Of a DNA stretch of 20,000 nucleotides, positions 1 through 8,935 are shown piece after piece (within the stretch, counting starts at the first letter, position 1; the number at the start of each line of letters is the position of its first letter). This DNA comes from Rhizaria sp. SCN 62-66 (lineage: Eukaryota): positions 54,226-74,225 of the forward strand of contig MEDY01000252.1 of assembly GCA_001724265.1 (NCBI GenBank), written 5' to 3'. A model generated the notes under the pieces. It did not search any database. It had not been told where the DNA came from and saw nothing but the letters and a program-made list of their open reading frames with translations. The position numbers and the translations under genes are program-made.

Positions 1-1982
1 AGTGGTCCGCGCAGGGCAGCGTGCGCGAGCCCAGCGGCAGCGACAACGGCTGCGTCGGGCCCGGCAGCGACGACACCAGCGCAGGCACAGCGCTAGAGCC
101 AGAACCGGGGGCTGAGGGGGTACTTAGATTCCCGTCTTGTTGTTGTGGCTGTTGTTCGACGGCCCACTTTGCGCTGAGCACCACGGCCTCTGGGCGGAGC
201 GGGTCCACGGGCTGCAGGTGGCCCAGGCTGTGGCCCATCGCCACCGCGGCCGCCAGCGATGTGGGCAGCACGGTGAAGCGGACCACGCTGTTGCCTGTGT
301 TGCGGAGCAGGATGGGGAAGTCGAGACGCGCACCGAGCCGCATGTCGCGCCAGTGTACGGCGGCGTGCGAGATCGAGACCCTCGGCGCGACGGAGGGCGC
401 CGAGAGCTGCGACAGGTGCGCCTCGAGCGAGCGCCGCGTGCTGGCCGACTGGCTGTGCGCGCGGAACGCCGCTGTCAGCGCCACAGGCTTGTGATCCGAC
501 AGTAGCAGCTCCGCGCGGCGGTAGTCGCCGGGCGCGAAGTCGTTGCGGTTCAGCGAGCGCCACTGGATGCGGTCGCACCACGACGGCACGCGCACCTTCT
601 TGTTCGCGCGGCGCTCGTAGTCGTGCGTACCCGGGGTGTATTTGTACGTCGGCGGGAAGGCGATGGGCAGCTCCTGGAACGCGGCGAAGGCGCGCCCGCC
701 GGCCTTCTCGATGAGGAGCTGGTCGCGGCGCAGGAGCGCGTCCAGGTCGTTGTTGGCGATGAGCTTGTGCACCTCGCTCACCGAGGGGTGCGCGACGCGA
801 TAGTTGAGGTCGCCCATCCAAATTACATGGCTAGAAAGAGAACAAATATGACAAAGTGAGGAAAAGTTAGAAAATAAATTAAACGCATGATATTTTTGAG
901 ATGAGTAACAAACAAACAGAAACATTAAATCTTTAGAATCTGATCTTAGATAAAAGCGATATAACTGCGTACCTGTGATCGGTGACGTGGAGAGGCACGT
1001 TCTGGCCCCCGTATCCGCCGCTGCCGCTGCCGCCGCTGCCGCCGCCGCTGCCGCCGCCGCCGCCGCTGCCCTGCTGGTACAGCGCCGTCAGTGGCGCGGA
1101 GCAGGCCGAGTAAAACCCCCCCGCGCCGCCGCCGCCGCCGCTGGCGTAGTTGTAGCCGTCGTCGTCGTCATCGAGCCCCGATCGGCGGCCCGCCTGCGAG
1201 GGCAACGCCTGAGCCTGCGACTGTAGCACGCGCGGGCTGACGCCGGTGGTCGAGTCGAACCGCAGGCGCCGCATGATGGCGCTATAATGGGCGTTGCGCG
1301 CCTGGACCTTCTCCTGGTGGGCGGCGATGTGCGCGTTGAGAAAGCACACGCTCGTGTCGTTAACCGTGAAGGACACGCCGATAGCACCCTTGTTGCCGCC
1401 GACGCCCATAAGCCCGATGCCGACCTTGCCGGTCCGCACGGCGCGCACCTTGTGCAGCAGCGACGTCCGCACCCACACGCACAGGGCTAGTCCGACCAAG
1501 TGAGTCGACGCGATCATGACGTAACCGTCGGCGCCGGGGCGCGGCCGGCCCACGCGCGCCTCTTGGCTCGCGAAGCGGCCCAGCGCGCGGCGCAGCGAGT
1601 CCTCCGTGAGCGCCTCCCAGCGGCCGGTGGCGTGCGGGTCCACGAGCAGGTTCTTGGCCGAGAGGTCGACGACCTCCTGGAAACCCATCGCCACAATATC
1701 GGCCGGCCGCGCAATGCTGCTGGAGCTAGTGCTGGAGCTAGAGGAGCTGTTGGCGCTGGGGCTAGGGCTGGAAGGGTCGCCGCCGCTGGAGTACGGGGAG
1801 AGAGTGAAGTTTGCACCGCTGCTCGCACTATTGGGACTCGAACTCGTGGTGTTCGCGGTGTTGCTGTTGTTGTTGTTGACGATGGGGGGGCACAGCCAGT
1901 CGTCGAGCTGCTCCGTCGTGGCAGGCCGCTTGCCGTTGACGTTCCAGCTGCCCGCCCACACGGTCACTGGCACCGTCGCCAT
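1..1982 (-). CDS. Inositol polyphosphate 5-phosphatase, OCRL/INPP5B-like (catalytic domain plus ASH-like domain); 3' end lies outside the window
   Basis: Segments 1982-973 and 830-<1, joined by intron 972-831 (GTACGC...TTTCTAG). The spliced product has the 5-phosphatase motifs GSWNVNG, DIVAMGFQEVV, GNKGAIG, FLNAHIAAHQ, HVIWMGDLNYR, FPPTYKY, PSWCDRI and SDHKPV. These are followed by PRVSISHAAVHWRDMRLGARLDFPILLRNTGNSVVRF, resembling the OCRL/INPP5B ASH domain. The frame is open to position 1. It probably continues upstream through the TAG at 1991-1989. Confidence 0.92.
831..972 (-). other. Spliceosomal intron (142 nt) in the 5-phosphatase gene
   Basis: AG|GTACGC donor, AT-rich body and CTCTTTCTAG acceptor. 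Splicing restores TDHSHVIWMGDLNYR. Confidence 0.9.
1015..1141. repeat. (GCC/GCT)n trinucleotide tracts encoding a Gly/Ser-rich insertion in the phosphatase domain
   Basis: ccgccgctgccgctgccgccgctgccgccgccgctgccgccgccgccgccgctg and gccgccgccgccgccg, translating on - as GSGGGGGSGGGSGGSGSGG and SGGGGGAGG. Confidence 0.7.
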
Positions 1983-1988
1983 GGCCGT

Positions 1989-3284
1989 CTAGTGGGCGCG
2001 GATCGCAAGCTGGTGGCCCACCCAAGCGGGCGGAACCGGTCCCGCGTACGGCGCCGGCGGCGGCAGCGACGCCGAGGCGGCGATCGCGGCGGCGGCCGCC
2101 GACGGCAGCGCCGGCTGCTGCAGCGACTGCAGTTGAGACTGCAACATGAGTGGCTGTGGGGATTGTGAGTTGTTGTGGGGAACGGGGCTGGGGATGGTGT
2201 CGGCGGCCGAGGTGGGACACATCATGCGTAAGTAGCTCGGCAAGGCGCTTACACCGCCACTTACATTGCCAGACGACGATGACGACGACGATGACGCTGC
2301 GGCGGCGGCGGCGGCGGTGGACATGGTGGGGCGTGCGGGCGGCGCCGGCCGGCTCGCATTAGGGTGCATGTTGGCCATGTTCGCACTAGAGCTAGAGCCA
2401 ACACTCAGCGTGTTGGAGTTGGTATTGTGGCCAGAGCCCGCGCTAGCGTTGACTGCAGGAGAGAAAAGTCCGTTGCTGATGCGCGAGCCCGCAAACGCAG
2501 GCCCTTCACTGGTACCGGTACTCGCACTGCCGGAAGCACTGCTGGAACTACTGTTGGAACTGCTGGAACTCGTGGTGGCACTCGCAGGGTTACTCGTAAC
2601 CGTGTTGGAAGCGACCGGGGCAGCGAGCGCGAGCTTGAAGCCCCCCGCAGGCGCCGCGACAGCGCCAGCCCCGGAATGAGCTCCGCTATTCGCGCTGGCG
2701 TTATAACTCGGCGTACCCGCACCCATGACACTCACGCTGCCCACGTTGTTGCTGCTACTGTTGCCGCTGCCGCCGGGGATGTGCAGGGTCATGCCCGAGG
2801 TCGCCGCCGCGGCCGCCGCCGCCGCGGGCGCGCGGTTACGGCTGACGCTGAGGTGCGCGTTGAGCTGCCCCGGCGCGGCCTGTGTGAACGGCAGCGCGGC
2901 CGTCGCGGGGGACACCGCCGCGCCGCGCGCAAAGGGCAGCGTGCCGCGGGACGCCGACGGGTGCGCGCGCGCGACCTGCTCCATCGCCGTCGTGGTCGCA
3001 GTGAAGAACTGCGCGAAGGTCTCGTCGTCCAGCACGTCCACGGCGGGAGTGCTGTGGTCCGCAGCGCTCGCGTTGCCGCCGCTGCTGCTGCTGACGGCGC
3101 TGTTGGGGCTGGCGAGGAGATCAAGAGGCGAGACGACGCCGTGAGCAGTTGAATTTGCACTATTAGCGTGGGCCTTGCTGTTGTTTGCAGAGCTGGTTTG
3201 GCTGGCAAAGATAGCGAAAGGGTCGTCGCTGCCGCCTGGGCTGGCGCCGGCGCCGGCGCTGGTGCTGTGGCTAGGGAACGACAT
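1989..3284 (-). CDS. 431-aa Ser/Ala/Pro-rich ORF; probable N-terminal disordered region of the 5-phosphatase, separated from it by one in-frame TAG
   Basis: ATG at 3284, in the same frame as the phosphatase ORF (CAC TAG ACG GCC ATG). GC-rich exon-like composition. Contains DPF and LDLL endocytic-type motifs and ends in WVGHQLAIRAH, resembling the helix that precedes 5-phosphatase domains. Confidence 0.7.
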   Translation of the reverse strand: MSFPSHSTSAGAGASPGGSDDPFAIFASQTSSANNSKAHANSANSTAHGVVSPLDLLASPNSAVSSSSGGNASAADHSTPAVDVLDDETFAQFFTATTTAMEQVARAHPSASRGTLPFARGAAVSPATAALPFTQAAPGQLNAHLSVSRNRAPAAAAAAAATSGMTLHIPGGSGNSSSNNVGSVSVMGAGTPSYNASANSGAHSGAGAVAAPAGGFKLALAAPVASNTVTSNPASATTSSSSSNSSSSSASGSASTGTSEGPAFAGSRISNGLFSPAVNASAGSGHNTNSNTLSVGSSSSANMANMHPNASRPAPPARPTMSTAAAAAAASSSSSSSSGNVSGGVSALPSYLRMMCPTSAADTIPSPVPHNNSQSPQPLMLQSQLQSLQQPALPSAAAAAIAASASLPPPAPYAGPVPPAWVGHQLAIRAH

Positions 3285-4328
3285 CGGGCTTCAGCGTTGT
3301 CGAGCCACGGCAATCACAGAGTTCCAGGCGCAGAGCAGTCGCAGTGCGGTCGCAACAGAGTCAGACTGGTGGATCGATCGAACTGTCAGTGAATCGCGCT
3401 GTTCTGGCACCAGATCGGTCCGCAAGCGGGGCTGGAGAGCCGTAGACTCCAACTTGAGCAGACACGGGAGCGCGGAAAATAACGGACAAGTGATTACAAG
3501 GCTTAGCCGATGCTGTGGGAGCGCGCAGAGAGGGGCGGAGGAAGAGAAGACAAGAGCAAAATGAGTGGACGCGAGTGCAAATCGGTGCAGTAGATACCGG
3601 GGCGAGACAAACAGCTGTAGAAATGCAAAAACAGATTTGCAGCAATCTCAACTTATTCCCGTCCTGCTATCCTTGCTAGATATTCAAATGACGATGGATA
3701 TACCCGCGAAACGTGTCATTCAGCTAACCCCCCAAATCTGTCTTTTGTGCTTGCGCCCACTCGGTCGGTCGGTCAGTAGAGTTTTTACGAACCTTCTGTC
3801 TCGACCCGGAGCTACGCGGCATCTCTCGAGAAGGGCCTCACAAAGGCTGAATTCTTTGAAGTCGCCTATATCAGCTATTCCGGCCGTGCGGGTGATGTGG
3901 TATTGTGCGTTTCGTGTTATATTCCTGCTTTGGCGTCGATGTGCATTTGTGTAATAACTCGAGCACGTTGATACAATGGTGTATTTGTCGTTTCCGCGAA
4001 ACCTCGCTTGCGGCGCTTCTCCTTCTCCGACCACTTCGCGTCCGGAGCACTTCCGTGCGCTTTTTTGTCCTTTAAAACTTGCATATCGGATCCAAACTTG
4101 TTTCCAAGATGGCAAACCCAATGTTCTATTGTCCATACTGTTTAGCTTGCGTGATCTTTTCAGTAACATGTATAACCCTGCCTTTCCTGTGACGAAATGC
4201 CTTTTCCTTCATCACCTCCGCTTCCCATCTCATCCCACTTTTCTCTTCTTCACCCCTCAAAACTTTACTTCTGCAACTTCCTTGGCCCTGTGCGTGCTGC
4301 TATATTTTCATCCAGCTCTTTCGCCCGC
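3285..4328. promoter_or_regulatory. Divergent intergenic region, putative bidirectional promoter/5'UTRs for the 5-phosphatase and CBS
   Basis: Head-to-head starts at 3284 (-) and 4329 (+), lower GC, and a pyrimidine-rich tract before the CBS ATG. No specific element identified. Confidence 0.45.
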
Positions 4329-4850
4329 ATGTCCGAGTCGAACGTTCTCGCGCAGCCCAAGATCTGCGACACGATCCTGGACCACATCGGCCACACTCCC
4401 CTGGTCCGCATCAACAACATCACCAAGGACGAGGGTATCGAGTGCGAGGTCCTCGCCAAGTGCGAGTTCTTCAACGCCGGTGGCTCCATCAAGGACCGCA
4501 TCGGTAAGCGCATGGTGCTCGACGCCCAGGCCTCTGGTCGCATCAAGAAGGGCGACATCCTCATCGAGCCCACCTCCGGCAACACCGGTACGTCAACTCT
4601 AACATTGACTTAATATTTCGTTTTATAGTGCAATCATTTGCTTATATCCATATACCTTATGTTTTCTTGTATCATATACTTTGTTTTTATCCCGAAATAT
4701 ACTCACATGCCTTCTCTATTCAACTTGTCCGCACTTATCCTCTCGTGCCCGCTTCAGGCATCGGCATGGCCCTGACCGCCGCCGTCGAGGGCTACAAGAT
4801 GATCATCACCCTTCCCGAGAAGATGAGCAAGGAGAAGGTCGACGTGCTCA

Positions 4851-4884
<34 letters not shown>

Positions 4885-6172
4885 CGAGGCGGCCTGGGAC
4901 GCCCCCGAGTCGCACATCGGCGTCGCCAAGACGCTCAACGCCTCGCTGCCCAACTCGCACATCCTCGACCAGTACGCCAACCAGTCCAACCCGCTGGCGC
5001 ACTACGACGGCACGGCCGAGGAGCTGCTCGCGCAGTGCGACGGCAAGATCGACTACCTGATCGCCACGGCCGGCACTGGCGGCACCATCTCGGGCATTGC
5101 CAAGAAGCTCAAGGAGAAGATCCCCTCCATCCAGGTACGTCTAAGTCGACATGTCTCACGCATATAGCTTGCTAATGGAATTATACGTATATACTAAGGT
5201 GTACCGCTTTATCTTATAACTTTCTTTTTCCGTTCTATTGCTATTTACGTTTATATCATCTCACAACATATCGTTTTCTATCGCTTTGTATCTTATTTTC
5301 TCGCCTGTAACTCTGCGATTGTACGCGACTGTATTGTGCCCCTCCTCCAGATCATCGGCGTCGACCCCGTGGGCTCGATCCTGGCGCTGCCCGAGTCGCT
5401 TAACGTGTCTGACATCTCGACGTACCACGTCGAGGGCATCGGCTATGACTTCATCCCCGACGTGCTCAAGCGTGAGTACATCGACAAGTGGGTCAAGACC
5501 CGTGACGCCGAGTCCTTCACCATGGCCCGCCGCCTCATCCGCCAGGAGGGCCTCCTCTGCGGCGGCTCCTCCGGCGCCTGCATGGCGGCCGCTGTGCGCG
5601 CCATCAAGGACCTCAAGATCGGCAAGGACAAGCGCGTCGTCGTCATCTTCGCCGACTCTGTCCGCAACTACATGGGCAAGTTCCTCTCTGACGAGTGGAT
5701 GGTCGAGAACGGCTTCATGGCGCCCCCCAAGCTCAACGCACCCTGGGCTGACCGCACCGTGGGCTCGCTGGCTCTTCACGCGCCTCTCACTGTTGCGCCC
5801 ACCATCTCGGCCGCGGCCTGCATCGAGATCATGAAGAAGAACGGCTTCGACCAGATGCCCGTCGTCTCGGCCGAGGGCACGCTCCTGGGCGTGGTGACCA
5901 TCGGCAACCTCGCCTCCCGCCTCGCCAATGCGCGCATCACGCCCGACTCGCCGATCGAGGCCGCGATGTTCAAGCAGTTCAAGCGCGTGACCGCGGCCAC
6001 GACTCTCGGCGAGCTGTCGGTTATCTTCGACCGCGACCACTACGCCATCGCCACCGTCAAGTCATCGCACGTCAACGCCGAGGGCGTGACGGAGGAGAAG
6101 GAGATGTGCTCCGGCGTCGTCACCCGCATCGACCTCGTCAACTTCATCACCGAGTTCAACAAGACCGCGTAA
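4329..6172 (+). CDS. CBS: Cystathionine beta-synthase (PLP catalytic domain plus C-terminal CBS-domain pair), 3 exons, ~485 aa
   Basis: Exons 4329-4587, 4758-5134 and 5351-6172; introns 4588-4757 and 5135-5350 (GTACGT...CAG). Motifs [26 protein letters not shown] (PLP lysine), [69 protein letters not shown] and a Bateman module (GFDQMPVV ... VVTRIDL). TAA stop. Confidence 0.97.
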
Positions 6173-7574
6173 GCACGCGTACCCAACCATGCGTACCTTG
6201 AGTGAGAGAGAAAGGGTAGTTCTGCCTGACTTCTCTTCTCGCCTGCTAACGTCTTGCTGTAGCTTTTCTTCGTAGTCCTACCAGTGATGATATTTGTTTG
6301 ATCGATTCCTTTCTTTTTCTGTTTTTATTTTTTTGTCTCCCACTGCAAACGCTAAACAAGACACACTTGGCACTAACACGTGTAAGTTTGTTGTTGCTTT
6401 TCAGCGTCTGTGGTGGCCGGCAACGGGCGACTGTGACATGTTCAGTTCAGCGCCGTGACTGGTCTCACTGCTACCTATCAATACCGCGAAGCGGCAAAAC
6501 CAAACACCCCCCAACAACGTACGGCGACAACAAAGCTACCACCAGACAAGCCACAGCAGCAGCAGCAGCGCGAATTCATGTGTTGCTATGCTAGTGCTGT
6601 CGCTTTTTTAAATGTTGTTGCCTGTATTTTTTATCTAGGGTTTTGCTGCTTTGCGTGATATTTCTGACGCATACTCGAGGCGACCGTGTTCAAAGTGACG
6701 CGTAACGAAACAACGACTTCAATCTCTTTTGTTGTTGTTGATCTATTTGTTGCGCGTTGCTTGGCTTGTTTGTAAAGGTGGTTTCACCGGAGCGGATATT
6801 TTAACAAAACACGCGTACTTTATAACACTATAAAAGTGTACATCAGTACAAGCAGGAGTGAATTTTACGAAATTCCCACACTGTGTGTTTTTATTGGCGT
6901 TCCAAGTCATATTGGAGCGCTAACTCTTCTTTCGTGGCCGCGGCTTGCACAGGCGCACTGTCGTAAGCTACTAAACATGTCAGCGCGACTGTGATTACTC
7001 TCCAGTGTTGTTCTACACTGTAAGGCCTTTATCAGTTGTGTTGATGTAGTAGGACTTACACACATACGCAGAACGAACAAACGAAATGGCAGCCAACAGG
7101 AATCTGTATCTGTTGCTCAGGTTGACGTTTGTTTCACTAGGCGTGTGTGTGTCTTTGGGTAGGGGCGCGACGTATGTGAGATCTCACGCGTGCTCGCAGT
7201 TATAAAAGGACCCGTGACCGACTCGTTTGTTTTTGTTTTTCCGAGTTCTAAGGTGTCATGTGTTTTTTGTGCAGCTTTTATAACGCAATTTCAATCAGTG
7301 ATGAAAGTATCTGTTGTTGTTCCAATCAGCAGCAGAGAACAATGAGTGTATGTATTAATGTCACGACTGCTCGTTAATAGTATTCCGTATTCCGTACACA
7401 CACAATATGCTACATATCTTTTCTCTTCTATAAGTATGTTTATATCTCTCAAGAATACACTCCATCACGCTTCATCAAGTCTACTAATCACACAGCAACA
7501 ACTGACGGCGGCATCCCTTGAGCTTATGCTTGACAGAAGAAAATTGACACTTGAGTTATCACTAAATATCATTG
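6173..7574 (+). ncRNA. Candidate large structured RNA (CBS 3'UTR element or independent ncRNA); family unknown
   Basis: Many nested helices read by eye, e.g. 6340-6353/6403-6416, 6485-6501/6639-6655, 6695-6706/6749-6760, 6806-6815/6882-6891, 6894-6905/6912-6923, 7058-7069/7141-7152, 7199-7208/7275-7284 and 7047-7057/7477-7486. Non-Watson-Crick positions are mostly G-U on the + strand. No credible ORF. Confidence 0.55.
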
Positions 7575-7662
7575 TTTGTATTCACTTTCAACAGAAAGAC
7601 ACAAAACAAACTCACAACTAACATATTACTCGCAGTCTAACTGCGTGTCGCTTGCTTAAGCT

Positions 7663-8112
7663 TTACTGAGGGAAGGAGAAGGACTCCGGGAGGCCGAGGA
7701 AGGCCTTGACCTTGCCGTGGTCCTCGTATGTCTCCCCCTCGACCAGGCGCTCCTCGCTGACCTGGCTCTGGGCGACGTCCCACTTGTAGAGCGTAGGCAC
7801 GGCCGTGAGCTTGATCAGCGGGTCCCGCTTGAACGGGTGGCCGCCGGGCTGGCGGTAAGTCGCGCGCGCGAGCGGGCACAGCACCATCGTGTCGCCCTCG
7901 AGCGCGCCTGACGGCTGAAACAGCGCCGAGAGCATGTTCTCGGCCGCCACGCAGTCGCCGCACCAGGGCTTGCCGGCCTCATGAGCGGTCGTGATCATCA
8001 GGTACACCTTGGCCTTGTCGTTGCTCTTGGCGGCGGTGGCGACGGCGGAGACCATCTTGGCCTGGAAGTCGGAGGCGTCGGCGGCGACGTCGACGAGGGT
8101 AACGATGGGCAT
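7663..8112 (-). CDS. TXNDC17: Thioredoxin domain-containing protein 17 / TRP14-like (DUF953 family), 149 aa, intronless
   Basis: ATG 8112 to TAA 7663. GKPWCGDCVAAE active site and the family-typical R..Y..PGGHPFKRDPLIKLTAVPTLYKW ... RLVEGE. Confidence 0.85.
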   Translation of the reverse strand: MPIVTLVDVAADASDFQAKMVSAVATAAKSNDKAKVYLMITTAHEAGKPWCGDCVAAENMLSALFQPSGALEGDTMVLCPLARATYRQPGGHPFKRDPLIKLTAVPTLYKWDVAQSQVSEERLVEGETYEDHGKVKAFLGLPESFSFPQ

Positions 8113-8935
8113 GCTGGGAGTGGCGGCGAAGAGCAGAGAGCGCGACAGGGGGGCACAGCGAGACGACGGCAAGCGGGAGGAACAGGAGATTCGGGACAAA
8201 GAACGAAACATCGGGAGACTAAAGGGGATGAGATATGCCTGACGTGTGAGTACTTCCAGAAGATATCGTAAATTTTTTAAAGAGAAAACTGCATGAAAGT
8301 CTTGCATAACGCACAATTGTCGCCATTATCGGAGAGCAAATTAAGATATGGCGTGTTTTGATATCTTGATTGACGGTCGCCTGGTGCTGTCTTTTTTGCG
8401 AACCTGTCGTTTGACCACAAAAAAAGACGAGAACAACGTCTCGCTGGTCTTGGTCTTTGGAGTGTCCATTGTACGACATACATCCACAAATAACGCTTGC
8501 AGTGGTAGTATCACTCTATTCTTAGATGGATCTTTAAATGATTGTTATTGCTGCGCTTGCTGGCTCAGGCATTGGGCTGGGGCATCTCCTGCAGATCTGG
8601 GTCACAACAACAACGCTCGTCCTCCCAATGCCCACACTACTTCCCCTCTACAAACCTCAGCCTCGCTGCTGTGTTTAACATTTGGTCTTTAGCCTTTCGT
8701 GTTGGCGCAGTTTATCTTTTTAGTGGTGCTGCTTTTTGCCATGCTAGGCTCAGCCATGGCTCCCTAGAAGGCTTGGCAGTGATATCATCAACACATCTCA
8801 CCTCAAATCAAACCAGTCCTCACTCCATCGCCTCTCTTGTCCTTATTTCCTTGCGCTTTCCTCTGTTTTTGTTTGACTCTCTCTGCCCACCGCTATCTGC
8901 GCCTTGCTCTTGCTACATCAGGAGACATCGTCGCA
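8113..8935. promoter_or_regulatory. Divergent intergenic region, putative bidirectional promoter for TXNDC17-like and RPT1
   Basis: Head-to-head starts at 8112 (-) and 8936 (+), with pyrimidine-rich leaders on each gene's sense strand. Confidence 0.4.

Noticed and set aside
1989-2049. Cryptic intron using GTACGC (2049, - strand) and the TAG at 1991-1989 as acceptor
   Set aside because: It is 61 nt, so it shifts the frame and hits TGA within a few codons. The in-frame alternatives (GT at 2036 or 2021) have non-consensus donors, are GC-rich and short, and would delete the conserved-looking helix. Not fully excluded without cDNA.
3361-4328. Short ORFs in the divergent intergenic region (3565-3954 +, 3720-4169 -, 3361-3651 -)
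   Set aside because: Non-ATG starts, no exon-like codon bias and no motifs.
6298-6658. Small ORFs 6298-6594 and 6455-6658 with a short CAG run
   Set aside because: Non-ATG starts and non-coding composition. The CAG run is explained as one arm of an RNA helix.
7296-7350. SECIS element or C/D-box snoRNA at GTGATGA...ATGA
   Set aside because: The helix next to the putative core is poorly paired, there is no CTGA D box at a suitable distance, and no neighbouring gene has an in-frame TGA. The GTGATGA at 6284 likewise lacks a D box.
6173-7574. Telomerase RNA, RNase P/MRP, group I intron or TPP riboswitch as the identity of the structured region
   Set aside because: No CCCTAA-type template on the + strand, no recognisable RNase P/MRP P4 motifs, no group I P/Q/R/S core, and no TPP aptamer consensus found by eye.
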